This document shows, piece after piece, positions 16,693 to 25,744 of a stretch of 64,000 bases of DNA. Source of the stretch: Bacteriovoracaceae bacterium (GTDB lineage Bacteria; Bdellovibrionota; Bacteriovoracia; Bacteriovoracales; Bacteriovoracaceae); contig JAMPXB010000002.1 in NCBI GenBank assembly GCA_023701435.1, positions 48,171-112,170 of the forward strand. Direction: 5' to 3'. Under the pieces are notes generated by a model, which was not told the origin of the DNA, did not search any database, and saw only the letters and a program-made list of their open reading frames with translations. Every line of letters begins with the position of its first letter. Position 1 is the stretch's first letter. A program made the translations under genes and the position numbers.

Positions 16693-17013
16693 ATGTCTCA
16701 TGCCCCGTGGTTTTTACTCGTTATTGCTGGTCTTCTGGAAGTGTGTTGGGCGATAGGCCTCAAATACACTGATGGATTCACTAAACTACTCCCAAGTGTG
16801 TTTACCATAGTGACCTTGGCCGCCAGCATGTATTTACTGGCCCGGGCCGCTCAAGTCATTCCCATTGGTACCGCTTATGGGATTTGGGTAGGGATTGGGG
16901 CCCTGGGAGCCGCCATATTAGGCATGATTTTGTTTAAGGAACCCGTATCTATGGCCCGATTGGTGTTTCTGGTCTTGTTGGTTGTCTCTTTAGTTGGTCT
17001 AAAGTTTTCCTAA
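16693..17013 (+). CDS. sugE: SMR-family SugE/Gdx small multidrug/guanidinium exporter
   Basis: VIAGLLEVCWAIGLKYTDGF..PIGTAYGIWVGIGALGAA is close to E. coli SugE; 4 TM, 106 aa. Confidence 0.85.
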   Translation: MSHAPWFLLVIAGLLEVCWAIGLKYTDGFTKLLPSVFTIVTLAASMYLLARAAQVIPIGTAYGIWVGIGALGAAILGMILFKEPVSMARLVFLVLLVVSLVGLKFS

Positions 17014-17071
17014 AGATTAATTCTATAGATATTTAATAATTCGTCCGATACAGGTGTTAGGAGGGCCAATT

Positions 17072-17545
17072 ATGAATATGTTCCAAGGGCAAGTTAAAGC
17101 ACAATCGGCGATTAAAAAATTCTTAGAATTTAAGCTAGGCCACGACGTTTACACGGTAGAACTCTCTCAGGTCAAAGAAGTCATCACTCCTTCACCAGTC
17201 ACACCGATTGCAGGAGCTCCGGCCCATATTTTAGGACTGATAGATCTTCGTGGTGTGATCATTACACTGGTTGATATCAGAAAAAAACTTGGCATCACTC
17301 CGCTGAAAGGAACATTTGAGAACGGTATTGTGATCTTTGAAATCAAAGGCAAACTTGTTGGGATGATGATTGATTCAATTCAAAAAGTGATGAATGTGAC
17401 TACCGAACAAATTTCCCCAGTTCCAGATTCCGACAAATCGAATGCCTATCTTAATGGTATCATTCAACGGGATGGTAAGCTTAGTTTGTGGCTTGATCCA
17501 TCGTTTTTGGTAGATGAAATTGCGACAATAAAAAAAGCTGCTTAA
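17072..17545 (+). CDS. cheW: Chemotaxis coupling protein CheW
   Basis: Start trimmed to MNMFQG after an AGGAGG SD. FLEFKLGHDVYTVELSQVKEVI..ILGLIDLRGVIITLVDIRKKLG. Confidence 0.85.
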   Translation: MNMFQGQVKAQSAIKKFLEFKLGHDVYTVELSQVKEVITPSPVTPIAGAPAHILGLIDLRGVIITLVDIRKKLGITPLKGTFENGIVIFEIKGKLVGMMIDSIQKVMNVTTEQISPVPDSDKSNAYLNGIIQRDGKLSLWLDPSFLVDEIATIKKAA

Positions 17546-17550
17546 GCAAA

Positions 17551-17586
17551 CACAAGACATCTGAGAAGTTTCCCAGATGTCTTGTG
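17551..17586. terminator. Bidirectional hairpin between convergent genes
   Basis: cacaagacatctg / cagatgtcttgtg: perfect 13-bp arms and a 10-nt loop. Confidence 0.55.
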
Positions 17587-17593
17587 ACAAAAT

Positions 17594-18220
17594 CTAGTGG
17601 ATGCCAGTAGGTCGTTCTTCAGTGATCTTAGGCTTCTTCATAGGGGTAGCAATGGTACCCGACTCTTGATGAAGATTTTTGAAAGCTGTTCCCCAGCTTA
17701 TGATCTGGTCAATAAGAGTATTCAAATTACCTAAATGATAATCGGCCGGTTTGAAAGTTTTAAAATTTTCAAAATCTGTTATTAGTGACAGGGCAACCTG
17801 AGAGCGAACTGTGGCAATTTGCAATTCGGCCATAATGAGCCTTAATTGCTCTACCGCCCGGGTGCCACCGGCGCTGCCGTAAGCGACAAAACCGGCCACT
17901 TTGTTGTTCCATTCTTTATAGAGAAAATCCAGGGCATTTTTCAAGGCGCCTGAAGTTCCATGATTGTATTCTGGGGAGACAAAGATAAAGGCATCAAAGG
18001 TGGCAATCTTTTCGGCCCATCTTTTTGTATGAGGTTGACTGTACTGTCCCATCGCCGGTGGAATGGCCTCATCCAACAAAGGCAGATTGAAGTCCTTAAT
18101 ATCCACCAGTTCAAATTCGGCGTCAGTTCTTTTTCTTGTTTGATCAAAGACCCATTTTGCCACTCCTTCGCCAACTCTGTTGGGACGAGTGCTTCCGATA
18201 ATAATTCCAATTCTGATCAT
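17594..18220 (-). CDS. NAD(P)H-dependent FMN reductase
   Basis: IGIIIGSTRPNRVG..FIFVSPEYNHGTSGALKNALD. Confidence 0.85.
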   Translation of the reverse strand: MIRIGIIIGSTRPNRVGEGVAKWVFDQTRKRTDAEFELVDIKDFNLPLLDEAIPPAMGQYSQPHTKRWAEKIATFDAFIFVSPEYNHGTSGALKNALDFLYKEWNNKVAGFVAYGSAGGTRAVEQLRLIMAELQIATVRSQVALSLITDFENFKTFKPADYHLGNLNTLIDQIISWGTAFKNLHQESGTIATPMKKPKITEERPTGIH

Positions 18221-18240
18221 AAAATCCTCCTAATAAAAAA

Positions 18241-20004
18241 TTATGAAGCCTTAAAACTCATCGCTGCACCTATTTGACCAATATGAGAAAATGCCTGAGG
18301 AAAATTTCCAACCATTCGGTTGTGGAGAGTGGAGAACTCTTCAGCAAAAAGACCCACGTCATTTCGTAATGACAGCAGCCGCTGATAAAGTTCCATCGCT
18401 TCATCATTTCTGCCCATAAGATTGAGATTTCTTACCAACCAAAATGAACAGGCCAAAAAACTTCCTTCTTTCCCCTGGAGACCGTCAATATCCGAGTGGG
18501 GAATATATCTCAGTAAAAGACCATCTTTCATAAGATATTTTTGGATGGCCTCGACTGTGCCGACAATTCGAGGATCTGTAATGGGCAAAAAATTAACCAA
18601 ACTCATCATCAGTAAACTGGCATCAAGTTCTTCTGAGCCATAGAACTGGACAAAAGAATTGAGTTTTTTATTAAATCCCTTGGTACAAATATCTTGGTGA
18701 ATTTTATCTCTGATTTCTTTCCAGTATTCCACTCTTCCCGGAAGACCGAATTGATGGACACTTTCCACGGCATAATTAAGAGCGACCCATGCCATGAGCT
18801 TTGAATGCGTAAACTGCCGTCTTATCCCCCTGACCTCCCAAATTCCTTCATCTGGCTCCTGCCAATGCTCACAGACATAATTGATGAGTTCAGACTCAAT
18901 CTTCCAGGCATTCTCATTAATCGGAATTCCAAATGTCCGTCCGATGTAAGCACTAGCTATAAGTTCTCCAAAAACATCGAGTTGAAATTGCTCGTAAGCG
19001 GCATTTCCAATGCGAACAGGCCTGGAATTCTCATAGCCCGGTAACCAATCAAGTTCAATTTCAGTCAGACGCCTTTCCGCTCTTATACCGTACATGATAT
19101 TGAGCTGTGAAGGAGTCCCCGCCACAGCTCTTAAAAGCCATTCATTCCAGCGAATGGCCTCTTCTAAATAACCAGCCCTTAAGAGGACCATTAAGGTGAG
19201 GCTTGAGTCCCTGATCCAACCATATCGGTAGTCCCAATTTCTTATTCCACCCAATGTTTCTGGCAGTGAAGTCGTCGCGGCCGCTACAACAGCACCTGTT
19301 GGTTTATAGGTTAAACCTTTAAGGGTAATAAGCGAGCGCATAACTGCCGGTCGATCAAATCCCTGATACTTATTTTTATTGGCCCATTTTTTCCACCAGT
19401 TGATAGTTTTAAGAATGGATTTTTGCGGATTTCTTATGGGCGATGGAATACTTTGGTGAGAGGGATACCAGCGAAGAACAAAGGAATGCTCACTTTCCGG
19501 GATGCATTTAAAGTTTGCTTTAGTATGTAAATTCTCACCATGAAGATGAACAGGAGAATATATCACCAGGCCTTCGGGTCCCGCGACAGCATGAATACCG
19601 TCATCATTTTTGTTCCTTCTAACCCAGGGGATGATACTGCCGTAATCAAAACGGATAATCAGCTCCATTTCAATATCAACTTCACCAGATATTCCCTGGA
19701 CTGATCTGATTAATGTAGGAGTCTCTTCAATCAGCATGCAATCAGTTATTTTACAACTTCCCTGAGGCGTTTCGAAGTAGGTCTCAAGAACCATGGTGTC
19801 TTCAATATAATTTCGAGTACTCTTATATTCCCCTTGAGGGGAGATCAACCATCTGCCATTTTCATTGGTACCTAATAGTGCAGAAAAGAAGGCCTGGGAG
19901 TCAAAACAGGGACAACAGAGCCAGTCTATTGATCCATCTTTGCCAACCAGGGCCGCACTATGGCAGTTGCTCAATAGGGCATAATTTTCAATCGGCCATG
20001 ACAT
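18241..20004 (-). CDS. Glycoside hydrolase family 15 (glucoamylase/trehalase-like)
   Basis: IENYALLSNCHSAALVGKDGSIDWLCCPCFDS, and WDYRYGWIRDSSLTL in the catalytic (alpha/alpha)6 region. Confidence 0.85.
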   Translation of the reverse strand: MSWPIENYALLSNCHSAALVGKDGSIDWLCCPCFDSQAFFSALLGTNENGRWLISPQGEYKSTRNYIEDTMVLETYFETPQGSCKITDCMLIEETPTLIRSVQGISGEVDIEMELIIRFDYGSIIPWVRRNKNDDGIHAVAGPEGLVIYSPVHLHGENLHTKANFKCIPESEHSFVLRWYPSHQSIPSPIRNPQKSILKTINWWKKWANKNKYQGFDRPAVMRSLITLKGLTYKPTGAVVAAATTSLPETLGGIRNWDYRYGWIRDSSLTLMVLLRAGYLEEAIRWNEWLLRAVAGTPSQLNIMYGIRAERRLTEIELDWLPGYENSRPVRIGNAAYEQFQLDVFGELIASAYIGRTFGIPINENAWKIESELINYVCEHWQEPDEGIWEVRGIRRQFTHSKLMAWVALNYAVESVHQFGLPGRVEYWKEIRDKIHQDICTKGFNKKLNSFVQFYGSEELDASLLMMSLVNFLPITDPRIVGTVEAIQKYLMKDGLLLRYIPHSDIDGLQGKEGSFLACSFWLVRNLNLMGRNDEAMELYQRLLSLRNDVGLFAEEFSTLHNRMVGNFPQAFSHIGQIGAAMSFKAS

Positions 20005-20749
20005 CGGTTATACCTAAATTTTGTTCTCTAAAATTTATTAATTCAACCTTATGCAACTTATTGACTGCATCGTAATAAACTTTATATTTTTTCGGGTAAC
20101 GCCCTTCTTGGTAAGGAAACTGTTTGGGTTGTCGGATAGGATTGATGCTGGATTTCTTTGAGAGGAGGTAATCAGTTGTTACCATTGGCTCAATAAATAT
20201 TAAGTTTCCATCGTAGTATCCATAGATAAATGTTCGTGTAAATTGACCACCATTAAATTCTGGGGCGAGAAGATCGACCCAGTGCCAGCCCATTTTAGGG
20301 ACACCTGCGGGAGTTGGGGCATAATTGGCGACTAATGAATCTTCATCAGGACTCTTCATGCATATGGCAGCATCTTCATCAACACAGCTGATACTTTGTC
20401 TTAACTTTTCAGAAATAAAATAAAAGTGAAAATCAAAATGTGGCACGTCATAGACACCACCAGGTTCATGGCCATGGGGATTCCAGTCCATGGCAATGTG
20501 TCGATAAGGTCTCACTTTTATATGTTTTGGCATAGGCAGAGTGTACTCTACCATTTCATGGGAAAGACCTGTTAATCCTTTTGGGGATATGGCAACTCCC
20601 ATCGCTTGAGGAGTTTTGTTTATCACTTTGATATAAGTCCACGCATAACCCTTACCAACGGATATCTTTTCACCCCAATAAGTGCGAGTAGCGGCAAATG
20701 ATACATTGCCTACGTTTAAAACAAATAGAAGACAGACAAATAGTTTCAT
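19988..20749 (-). CDS. Secreted hypothetical protein
   Basis: Start trimmed to MKLFVCLLFVLNVGNVSFA after an AGGAG SD. His-rich HGHEPGGVYDVPHFDFHFYF segment. The 3' end overlaps the GH15 start by 17 nt. Confidence 0.6.
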   Translation of the reverse strand: MKLFVCLLFVLNVGNVSFAATRTYWGEKISVGKGYAWTYIKVINKTPQAMGVAISPKGLTGLSHEMVEYTLPMPKHIKVRPYRHIAMDWNPHGHEPGGVYDVPHFDFHFYFISEKLRQSISCVDEDAAICMKSPDEDSLVANYAPTPAGVPKMGWHWVDLLAPEFNGGQFTRTFIYGYYDGNLIFIEPMVTTDYLLSKKSSINPIRQPKQFPYQEGRYPKKYKVYYDAVNKLHKVELINFREQNLGITDVMAD

Positions 20750-20856
20750 TGTGATTCTCCTCACTTTAAATCAAATAGCTGTTGCCTTAGATGCAAGAAA
20801 GAATCCATCGCTTGAGGCATATTGCTAATGCAGACAGGAATGGTTAAGTTAAATAT

Positions 20857-21519
20857 ATGAAAGATCCTCATATGATTGCGTTTATCGATCCTTTCCTTAA
20901 ATCACCTGCAGCTCATTGCTTCAATGATCTGGCAGCGACTTATAATAAATCTTTTGCTTATTACATGCCTGATAAATTCGGTGTTGAGACCCTCAAGGAA
21001 GATGCTCCAAGAATTAAGGCCTACTTTGTGGCGGGCTCGGCCTCAAATGTCACTGAACCGCTGGATTGGCATGATGATTTAGCGAAGTTTCTTCTCATGG
21101 AATTAAAGCAAAATAAACCGATTCTCGCTGTTTGTTTTGGTCACCAACTTTTATGTCATGCTCTGGGATCAGTGGTTCAAAATGTACATGATAATGGTGA
21201 TAAAATTACCGGCACCAGAAAAATCACTGTGACTGAGGATTTCTGGAATTATAAGAAAGGAACATCCTTTACTCTGCCTGTCTCACATAAGCAGATGGTA
21301 AAGAAGTTGGGGCCGGATTTGGTTTCTGTCGGTCAAGGTCTGGAAAATGATATTGTGATTCATAAGACCTTACCGCTGTTGTCTACTCAGGCCCACCCGG
21401 AAGCTTCGACATTTTTTTGCAGACAGGAAATTAAGATTCTAGGCCCTGTGGATGAAAAAGCTGGAAGAATCGATGGACAACGTTTTATTCATCTTTTCTT
21501 CCAGCATTTTGAAATATGA
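20857..21519 (+). CDS. Class I glutamine amidotransferase-like protein
   Basis: ILAVCFGHQLL nucleophile elbow and a distal QAHPE. Confidence 0.7.
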   Translation: MKDPHMIAFIDPFLKSPAAHCFNDLAATYNKSFAYYMPDKFGVETLKEDAPRIKAYFVAGSASNVTEPLDWHDDLAKFLLMELKQNKPILAVCFGHQLLCHALGSVVQNVHDNGDKITGTRKITVTEDFWNYKKGTSFTLPVSHKQMVKKLGPDLVSVGQGLENDIVIHKTLPLLSTQAHPEASTFFCRQEIKILGPVDEKAGRIDGQRFIHLFFQHFEI

Positions 21520-21522
21520 CTC

Positions 21523-21843
21523 TTAATGGCGGGCAGAACTGGAATCAAACTCATTTTTAAATTCACCTAATTTATTTTCAACTGTTTCCAAATTCTCTTT
21601 GATGAAATTGGAGATTTCTGGGTACCTGTCTGAAATATTTGCCGCAAGTCTGGCAAGAATTGCGGTAGCCACTCCTCCTGCGACATATTTTACGGCAGGA
21701 CTGCTGATAAATCCTCTCAAGACTTCCTTGTAGTCTGTTGCCATCGCCTCCCCGGATTGGAGACTGATGGAACTTAATTCTTTATTTCTACTGATTCTGG
21801 GACTGCTTCTTCGAGCTGTTTTTTTTGTAGTCTTTTTTACCAT
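21523..21843 (-). CDS. Small basic protein, tandem paralogue A
   Basis: Basic N-terminus, hydrophobic KYVAGGVATAILARLAANI, then YPEISNFIKENLETVENKL, ending ..ARH. Alignable over its length with 21856..22188. Confidence 0.6.
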   Translation of the reverse strand: MVKKTTKKTARRSSPRISRNKELSSISLQSGEAMATDYKEVLRGFISSPAVKYVAGGVATAILARLAANISDRYPEISNFIKENLETVENKLGEFKNEFDSSSARH

Positions 21844-21855
21844 AACATTACTCCT

Positions 21856-22188
21856 TTAGTGACGGGACATTGTCGATGTATCTGCTGTCAGATCATGTCG
21901 ATACTGGCGTAATCTTCCTTCGATGGTGTCGAAATTTTCTCTGAAAAAGTCTGAAATTTCCGGATGCTCTTGATAGTACTTAACGGCATATCTCACCAGC
22001 AAAATTCCGACAATACCACCGAGAACATATTTAGTTGTAGAATTTTTTGAGAGATTTCTTAAGACGTTTCGGTAAGAACCTGATCTCGCAATCACTGCTT
22101 CTGAGGACAAGATCTTTCTTCGGTTACTTCGTACTGGTTTTGATATCGATGTCTTTTGCACTGATCTTCTTGGCATAAAATCCTCCAT
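21856..22188 (-). CDS. Small basic protein, tandem paralogue B
   Basis: Same plan as paralogue A: KYVLGGIVGILLVRYAVKY, HPEISDFFRENFDTIEGRL, ending ..SRH. Confidence 0.6.
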   Translation of the reverse strand: MEDFMPRRSVQKTSISKPVRSNRRKILSSEAVIARSGSYRNVLRNLSKNSTTKYVLGGIVGILLVRYAVKYYQEHPEISDFFRENFDTIEGRLRQYRHDLTADTSTMSRH

Positions 22189-22299
22189 GATAAGAATTGC
22201 TCTGGAAAAAATAGTATCAATTTAGGCTCTGATAAAATCTAAAATTTTCCGCAAAAGGAGAGTCAAATAAAACAGTATAGGGTCTAGTTTCAAAGACTT

Positions 22300-23244
22300 T
22301 TATTTTTGTGAATGATTCTTCCTATGATAAATTTCAATAAATAGATAACCAGGTGCGGCCAGGAGAAGGGGAACCAAATAGTATATGACCCGGAAAGCAA
22401 CCAATACCGCAATGACGGTGGATTCCGGTATATCCAGATTCATCTTGAGAAAGACCGCTTCATGAACTCCCAAACCGGCCGGGATGTGGGACACTACACC
22501 GGCCAGACCAGTGAGAAGATAGGTGAAGATGATTTGCATAAATTCAACTGATGCTCCCAGATGGTCCATGAGAGATACAATGATTGCTGCCAGTAATGAC
22601 CACTGCATAATCGAAAGAATCAGTTGCAGAAAGGCCAATTGAACTGGAGGGAAAGTGAATTTTTCTGATTTAAAACTCACCTGTGCTCTTTTGAAGCATA
22701 AAACAAAATAAAGAATGATGGCCATGGTTCCCAGTGTAGTTATGGCATAAATCGCTGGAAAGGGAAGGGAGGTGAGGGTGTTTACTTTTTCGGGATAGAT
22801 ACCCACAACCATTGACAGTAAAAAGATATGTCCCAACCAATTGCCTAGGGTAGAAAATATGATGAGTTTTGTAATATTGCTTACTGATATGTGCCAACCG
22901 CTATAGATTCGGTAACGAAGGCCCAATCCTCCGACCAAGGCCCCTAAATTTAATGTGAAGGTATAACAAGTAAAAGCGCTCCAGTATATTTTAAAAGCAC
23001 TGACATCTTTTACGTTCAAATAGCGCAGTCCCAGGTAATCAAAACTAGCAAGAATGAGATAATTTATTATGACCATAAAAAAACCGGGCAGAAGTCCTGT
23101 TAGACTTACTTTACGGATGGCCATTCCAACTTCGTGAAAATTTATTTCATGTAAACTTTGGTATAACAGATATAAAATCAGACAAAAAAATCCGAAAGTT
23201 AGAAAAGGGACGACTTTTTTTTTCTTTCTTATACTAATTTCCAT
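22300..23244 (-). CDS. UPF0104/LPG-synthase-TM family membrane protein (YbhN-like)
   Basis: ~8 TM, Gly-rich helices. It overlaps the upstream PLD gene by 11 nt, the same pairing as E. coli clsB-ybhN. Confidence 0.65.
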   Translation of the reverse strand: MEISIRKKKKVVPFLTFGFFCLILYLLYQSLHEINFHEVGMAIRKVSLTGLLPGFFMVIINYLILASFDYLGLRYLNVKDVSAFKIYWSAFTCYTFTLNLGALVGGLGLRYRIYSGWHISVSNITKLIIFSTLGNWLGHIFLLSMVVGIYPEKVNTLTSLPFPAIYAITTLGTMAIILYFVLCFKRAQVSFKSEKFTFPPVQLAFLQLILSIMQWSLLAAIIVSLMDHLGASVEFMQIIFTYLLTGLAGVVSHIPAGLGVHEAVFLKMNLDIPESTVIAVLVAFRVIYYLVPLLLAAPGYLFIEIYHRKNHSQK

Positions 23245-24742
23245 TCATGACCTTTGCAGCAATCAAGAGAAAAAGAATAATTCCCCCGCAGGCCCAATAA
23301 GCATACTCTTTTGGAATGGCCCTCTTTAAGTCAACAAAAGGGTAAAGAAAAAACAGAAAATTGATAAGAGTAGAGCTCTTTATAATAGGAATATCTTTCA
23401 GTGTCTTACTTTTCTTTCCCTTGAAAATATCAATGGTGCGGTTAAGGGAATTGCTTTTGAGAAAATAATGGCGAAATATTTCAGGAGTAACATCCAGATG
23501 TTCTGCCATGAGCTCGCATACTTTATTGGTAATAAAATTTCTGGTCTTGGGTCTTGAATTCGCCTCAAAGGAAAGATTGATTTCTCTGTCGACTCGCATA
23601 GATCTAAAGTTTAAATTAGCGGAGCCCATGGTTAAAAAGACATTATCGATAATCATTGTTTTTGAGTGAACAACAATAAAGTTTCCTAAATTATCTGATG
23701 GTACATGAGGATAAAGTATTCGAAGTCTTTGGTGTCTATCCGCTAATCTCATTTTTTTAATAGCTTTATTTCTTTCTGAAATATAAACAGAGCTTTCAAA
23801 CCAACCCCGATAAAATATGGGAAGAATGATGGTAACTTCAGGACCGTGAGGAGATTCAAGCCTGTGGCAAAGTTCTGCAATAATATCGTGGTGAGAAAAG
23901 TATTGATTTTCGATTAAAATATAATCTTTAGCACCTCTGATTGCATCGAGGTATAAGTTTTCGATCTCATATATCTGTTTTTCAACTTCTGTTCGGGATA
24001 TCCCTGCCTTTATATCTTCTATTTCCGGTGTATATGATTCTGGCCAGAGGCTTTCCGCGCTTAGGTTTGATTGTTGGGCAATATAAAGGTTGGAAGAGGA
24101 TCGTTTTTGTACAAATTCCTCCAGATCCTGAACGATCTCCCCGGTTAGTAAAAATTGTACATCATGAATAGGATTGTAGCCTTGGCCATTCCAATCTCTT
24201 CTTAATTGGTTATGGCAATTATGGTCTTGAGTGTCCCAGCGCTTCTTTGCCAGATCAATCCCACCTATGAAAGCGCATTTGTGATCGAAAATGGCTATTT
24301 TTTCGTGAAATGAACCGAAAAAATAGGGGAACCGGTTTTGAGTGAATTTAATTCTTTTTGATGTCTTTAGTTTCCACTTTAGATATGAAAATCGCTCTCT
24401 ACCAAAGAGTAAGTAACTGGGGGCCTTCCAGGCAAATAAATTAATCTCATGAAGATTGGAAGCAAGTTGATTTAAGTATTGTCGTAAATTGATAGGTTTG
24501 TCTGGGCATAGTGGGTTGAGAATCATTCTGCCGTCGATTTCCCATCCGGCCACATGCAAACATGAACTGGCCTTTTTACCTACCTCCACAAAGGCCTGAT
24601 AGTAATCTTGCGAATCAATGAGTAAGGAGAGTTGATCAATTCCCCTTATCCGCCAGCAATTTCTTTTTATATCCAGGATACTTTTATTCACCCTAAAACT
24701 ATAAGCTCTTTGAAGTGAATGACAAATTTGCCATGTGGCCAA
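23234..24742 (-). CDS. PLD-superfamily cardiolipin-synthase-like enzyme (ClsB-like)
   Basis: Two HKD motifs: HEKIAIFDHKCAFIGGIDL and HSKTMIIDNVFLTMGSANLNFRS. The track start is a TTG. C-terminal TM present. Confidence 0.8.
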   Translation of the reverse strand: MATWQICHSLQRAYSFRVNKSILDIKRNCWRIRGIDQLSLLIDSQDYYQAFVEVGKKASSCLHVAGWEIDGRMILNPLCPDKPINLRQYLNQLASNLHEINLFAWKAPSYLLFGRERFSYLKWKLKTSKRIKFTQNRFPYFFGSFHEKIAIFDHKCAFIGGIDLAKKRWDTQDHNCHNQLRRDWNGQGYNPIHDVQFLLTGEIVQDLEEFVQKRSSSNLYIAQQSNLSAESLWPESYTPEIEDIKAGISRTEVEKQIYEIENLYLDAIRGAKDYILIENQYFSHHDIIAELCHRLESPHGPEVTIILPIFYRGWFESSVYISERNKAIKKMRLADRHQRLRILYPHVPSDNLGNFIVVHSKTMIIDNVFLTMGSANLNFRSMRVDREINLSFEANSRPKTRNFITNKVCELMAEHLDVTPEIFRHYFLKSNSLNRTIDIFKGKKSKTLKDIPIIKSSTLINFLFFLYPFVDLKRAIPKEYAYWACGGIILFLLIAAKVMNGN

Positions 24743-24763
24743 CGCATTTGTTAGTTAATAAAT

Positions 24764-24922
24764 TTACTTCTTTTCCTCTTTATGATTATCGGGTTTATCT
24801 TCTTCTTGTCTTTCTTCAATGTTGAATCTTTTTAATCCTTCTCTTTTGTTTTCGATGTAGTCAGAGCAAGCAGTCGTTAAAAATAGGATAGAGAATAGAA
24901 GCAATAAACCTGATTTATGCAT
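24764..24922 (-). CDS. Possible 52-aa lipoprotein
   Basis: Below the ORF-track size cut-off. MHKSGLLLLFSILFLTTAC (lipobox-like LTTAC), then a charged tail. GGAG SD upstream. Confidence 0.35.
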   Translation of the reverse strand: MHKSGLLLLFSILFLTTACSDYIENKREGLKRFNIEERQEEDKPDNHKEEKK

Positions 24923-25007
24923 ATGATCTCCTTAGTCAAAGAGAATCGAATCAATTAATAACGAATAAGTGAATTAAAGGTATCCTGAATTTTTATCTTT
25001 TAAGTTT

Positions 25008-25676
25008 ATGCTTAACGTTTCGAGGAGTGACATTATGTATTTAGGAGTGAAAAATTTTGTAATGAGAAAACCGACCGTGGTCTCAATTATTATAAAGATA
25101 AATATTATTGTTTTCTTTTTTTGGTATATTTTTGTCCCCAGGCCTTCTTTTATGGTCAATAATTTTCTTGTCAGTTGGTCTGCAGTATTTGAGGGACGCG
25201 TTTGGACTCTGCTGACATCAATATTTTCGCATAACATGCTATTTCATATATTTATAAATATGTATGTTTTTTACGGATTTGGAACGGCATTAGAGAGAAT
25301 TTTTGGATCAAAGAGATTTCTTGGTTTTTACCTGATAGCGGGACTTGCAGGCTCTATTGGGCATTGTCTAGTCAGCAATTATATCTTGAAGCTGCCGGAA
25401 GTTCCCGCTCTTGGAGCATCTGGTGCGATCTCAGGTGTCATACTTTTATTTTCATTTATGTTTCCGAAAGAAAAACTTTTAATTTTAGGACTCATACCAA
25501 TACCCGCGATATGGGGAGCATTACTTTTTGTAGGACTTGATCTGTGGGGACTTGTTGCTCAATCCCAAGGGAATACTTTACCCATAGGGTATGGTGCTCA
25601 CCTGGGCGGAGCAATGGCCGGAGTTGCCTACTATATTTTATTTGTAAGGAAGAAAATGATTATTGAACAAATCTAA
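25008..25676 (+). CDS. Rhomboid-family intramembrane serine protease
   Basis: GASGAISGV (catalytic Ser) and AHLGGAMAG (catalytic His). The start is uncertain: ATGs at 25008, 25035 and 25062. Confidence 0.85.
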   Translation: MLNVSRSDIMYLGVKNFVMRKPTVVSIIIKINIIVFFFWYIFVPRPSFMVNNFLVSWSAVFEGRVWTLLTSIFSHNMLFHIFINMYVFYGFGTALERIFGSKRFLGFYLIAGLAGSIGHCLVSNYILKLPEVPALGASGAISGVILLFSFMFPKEKLLILGLIPIPAIWGALLFVGLDLWGLVAQSQGNTLPIGYGAHLGGAMAGVAYYILFVRKKMIIEQI

Positions 25677-25744
25677 ATAATAAATGGTAGGGTTTTATGA
25701 AATCTATTTATATTTCAGGTTCCGCAAAAAAGAAAGGCCATTTC

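Noticed and set aside
17941-18277. ORFs 17941..18210 (-) and 17960..18277 (+)
   Set aside because: They are alternative-frame or antisense overlaps of the FMN reductase gene, whose motifs identify the true frame.
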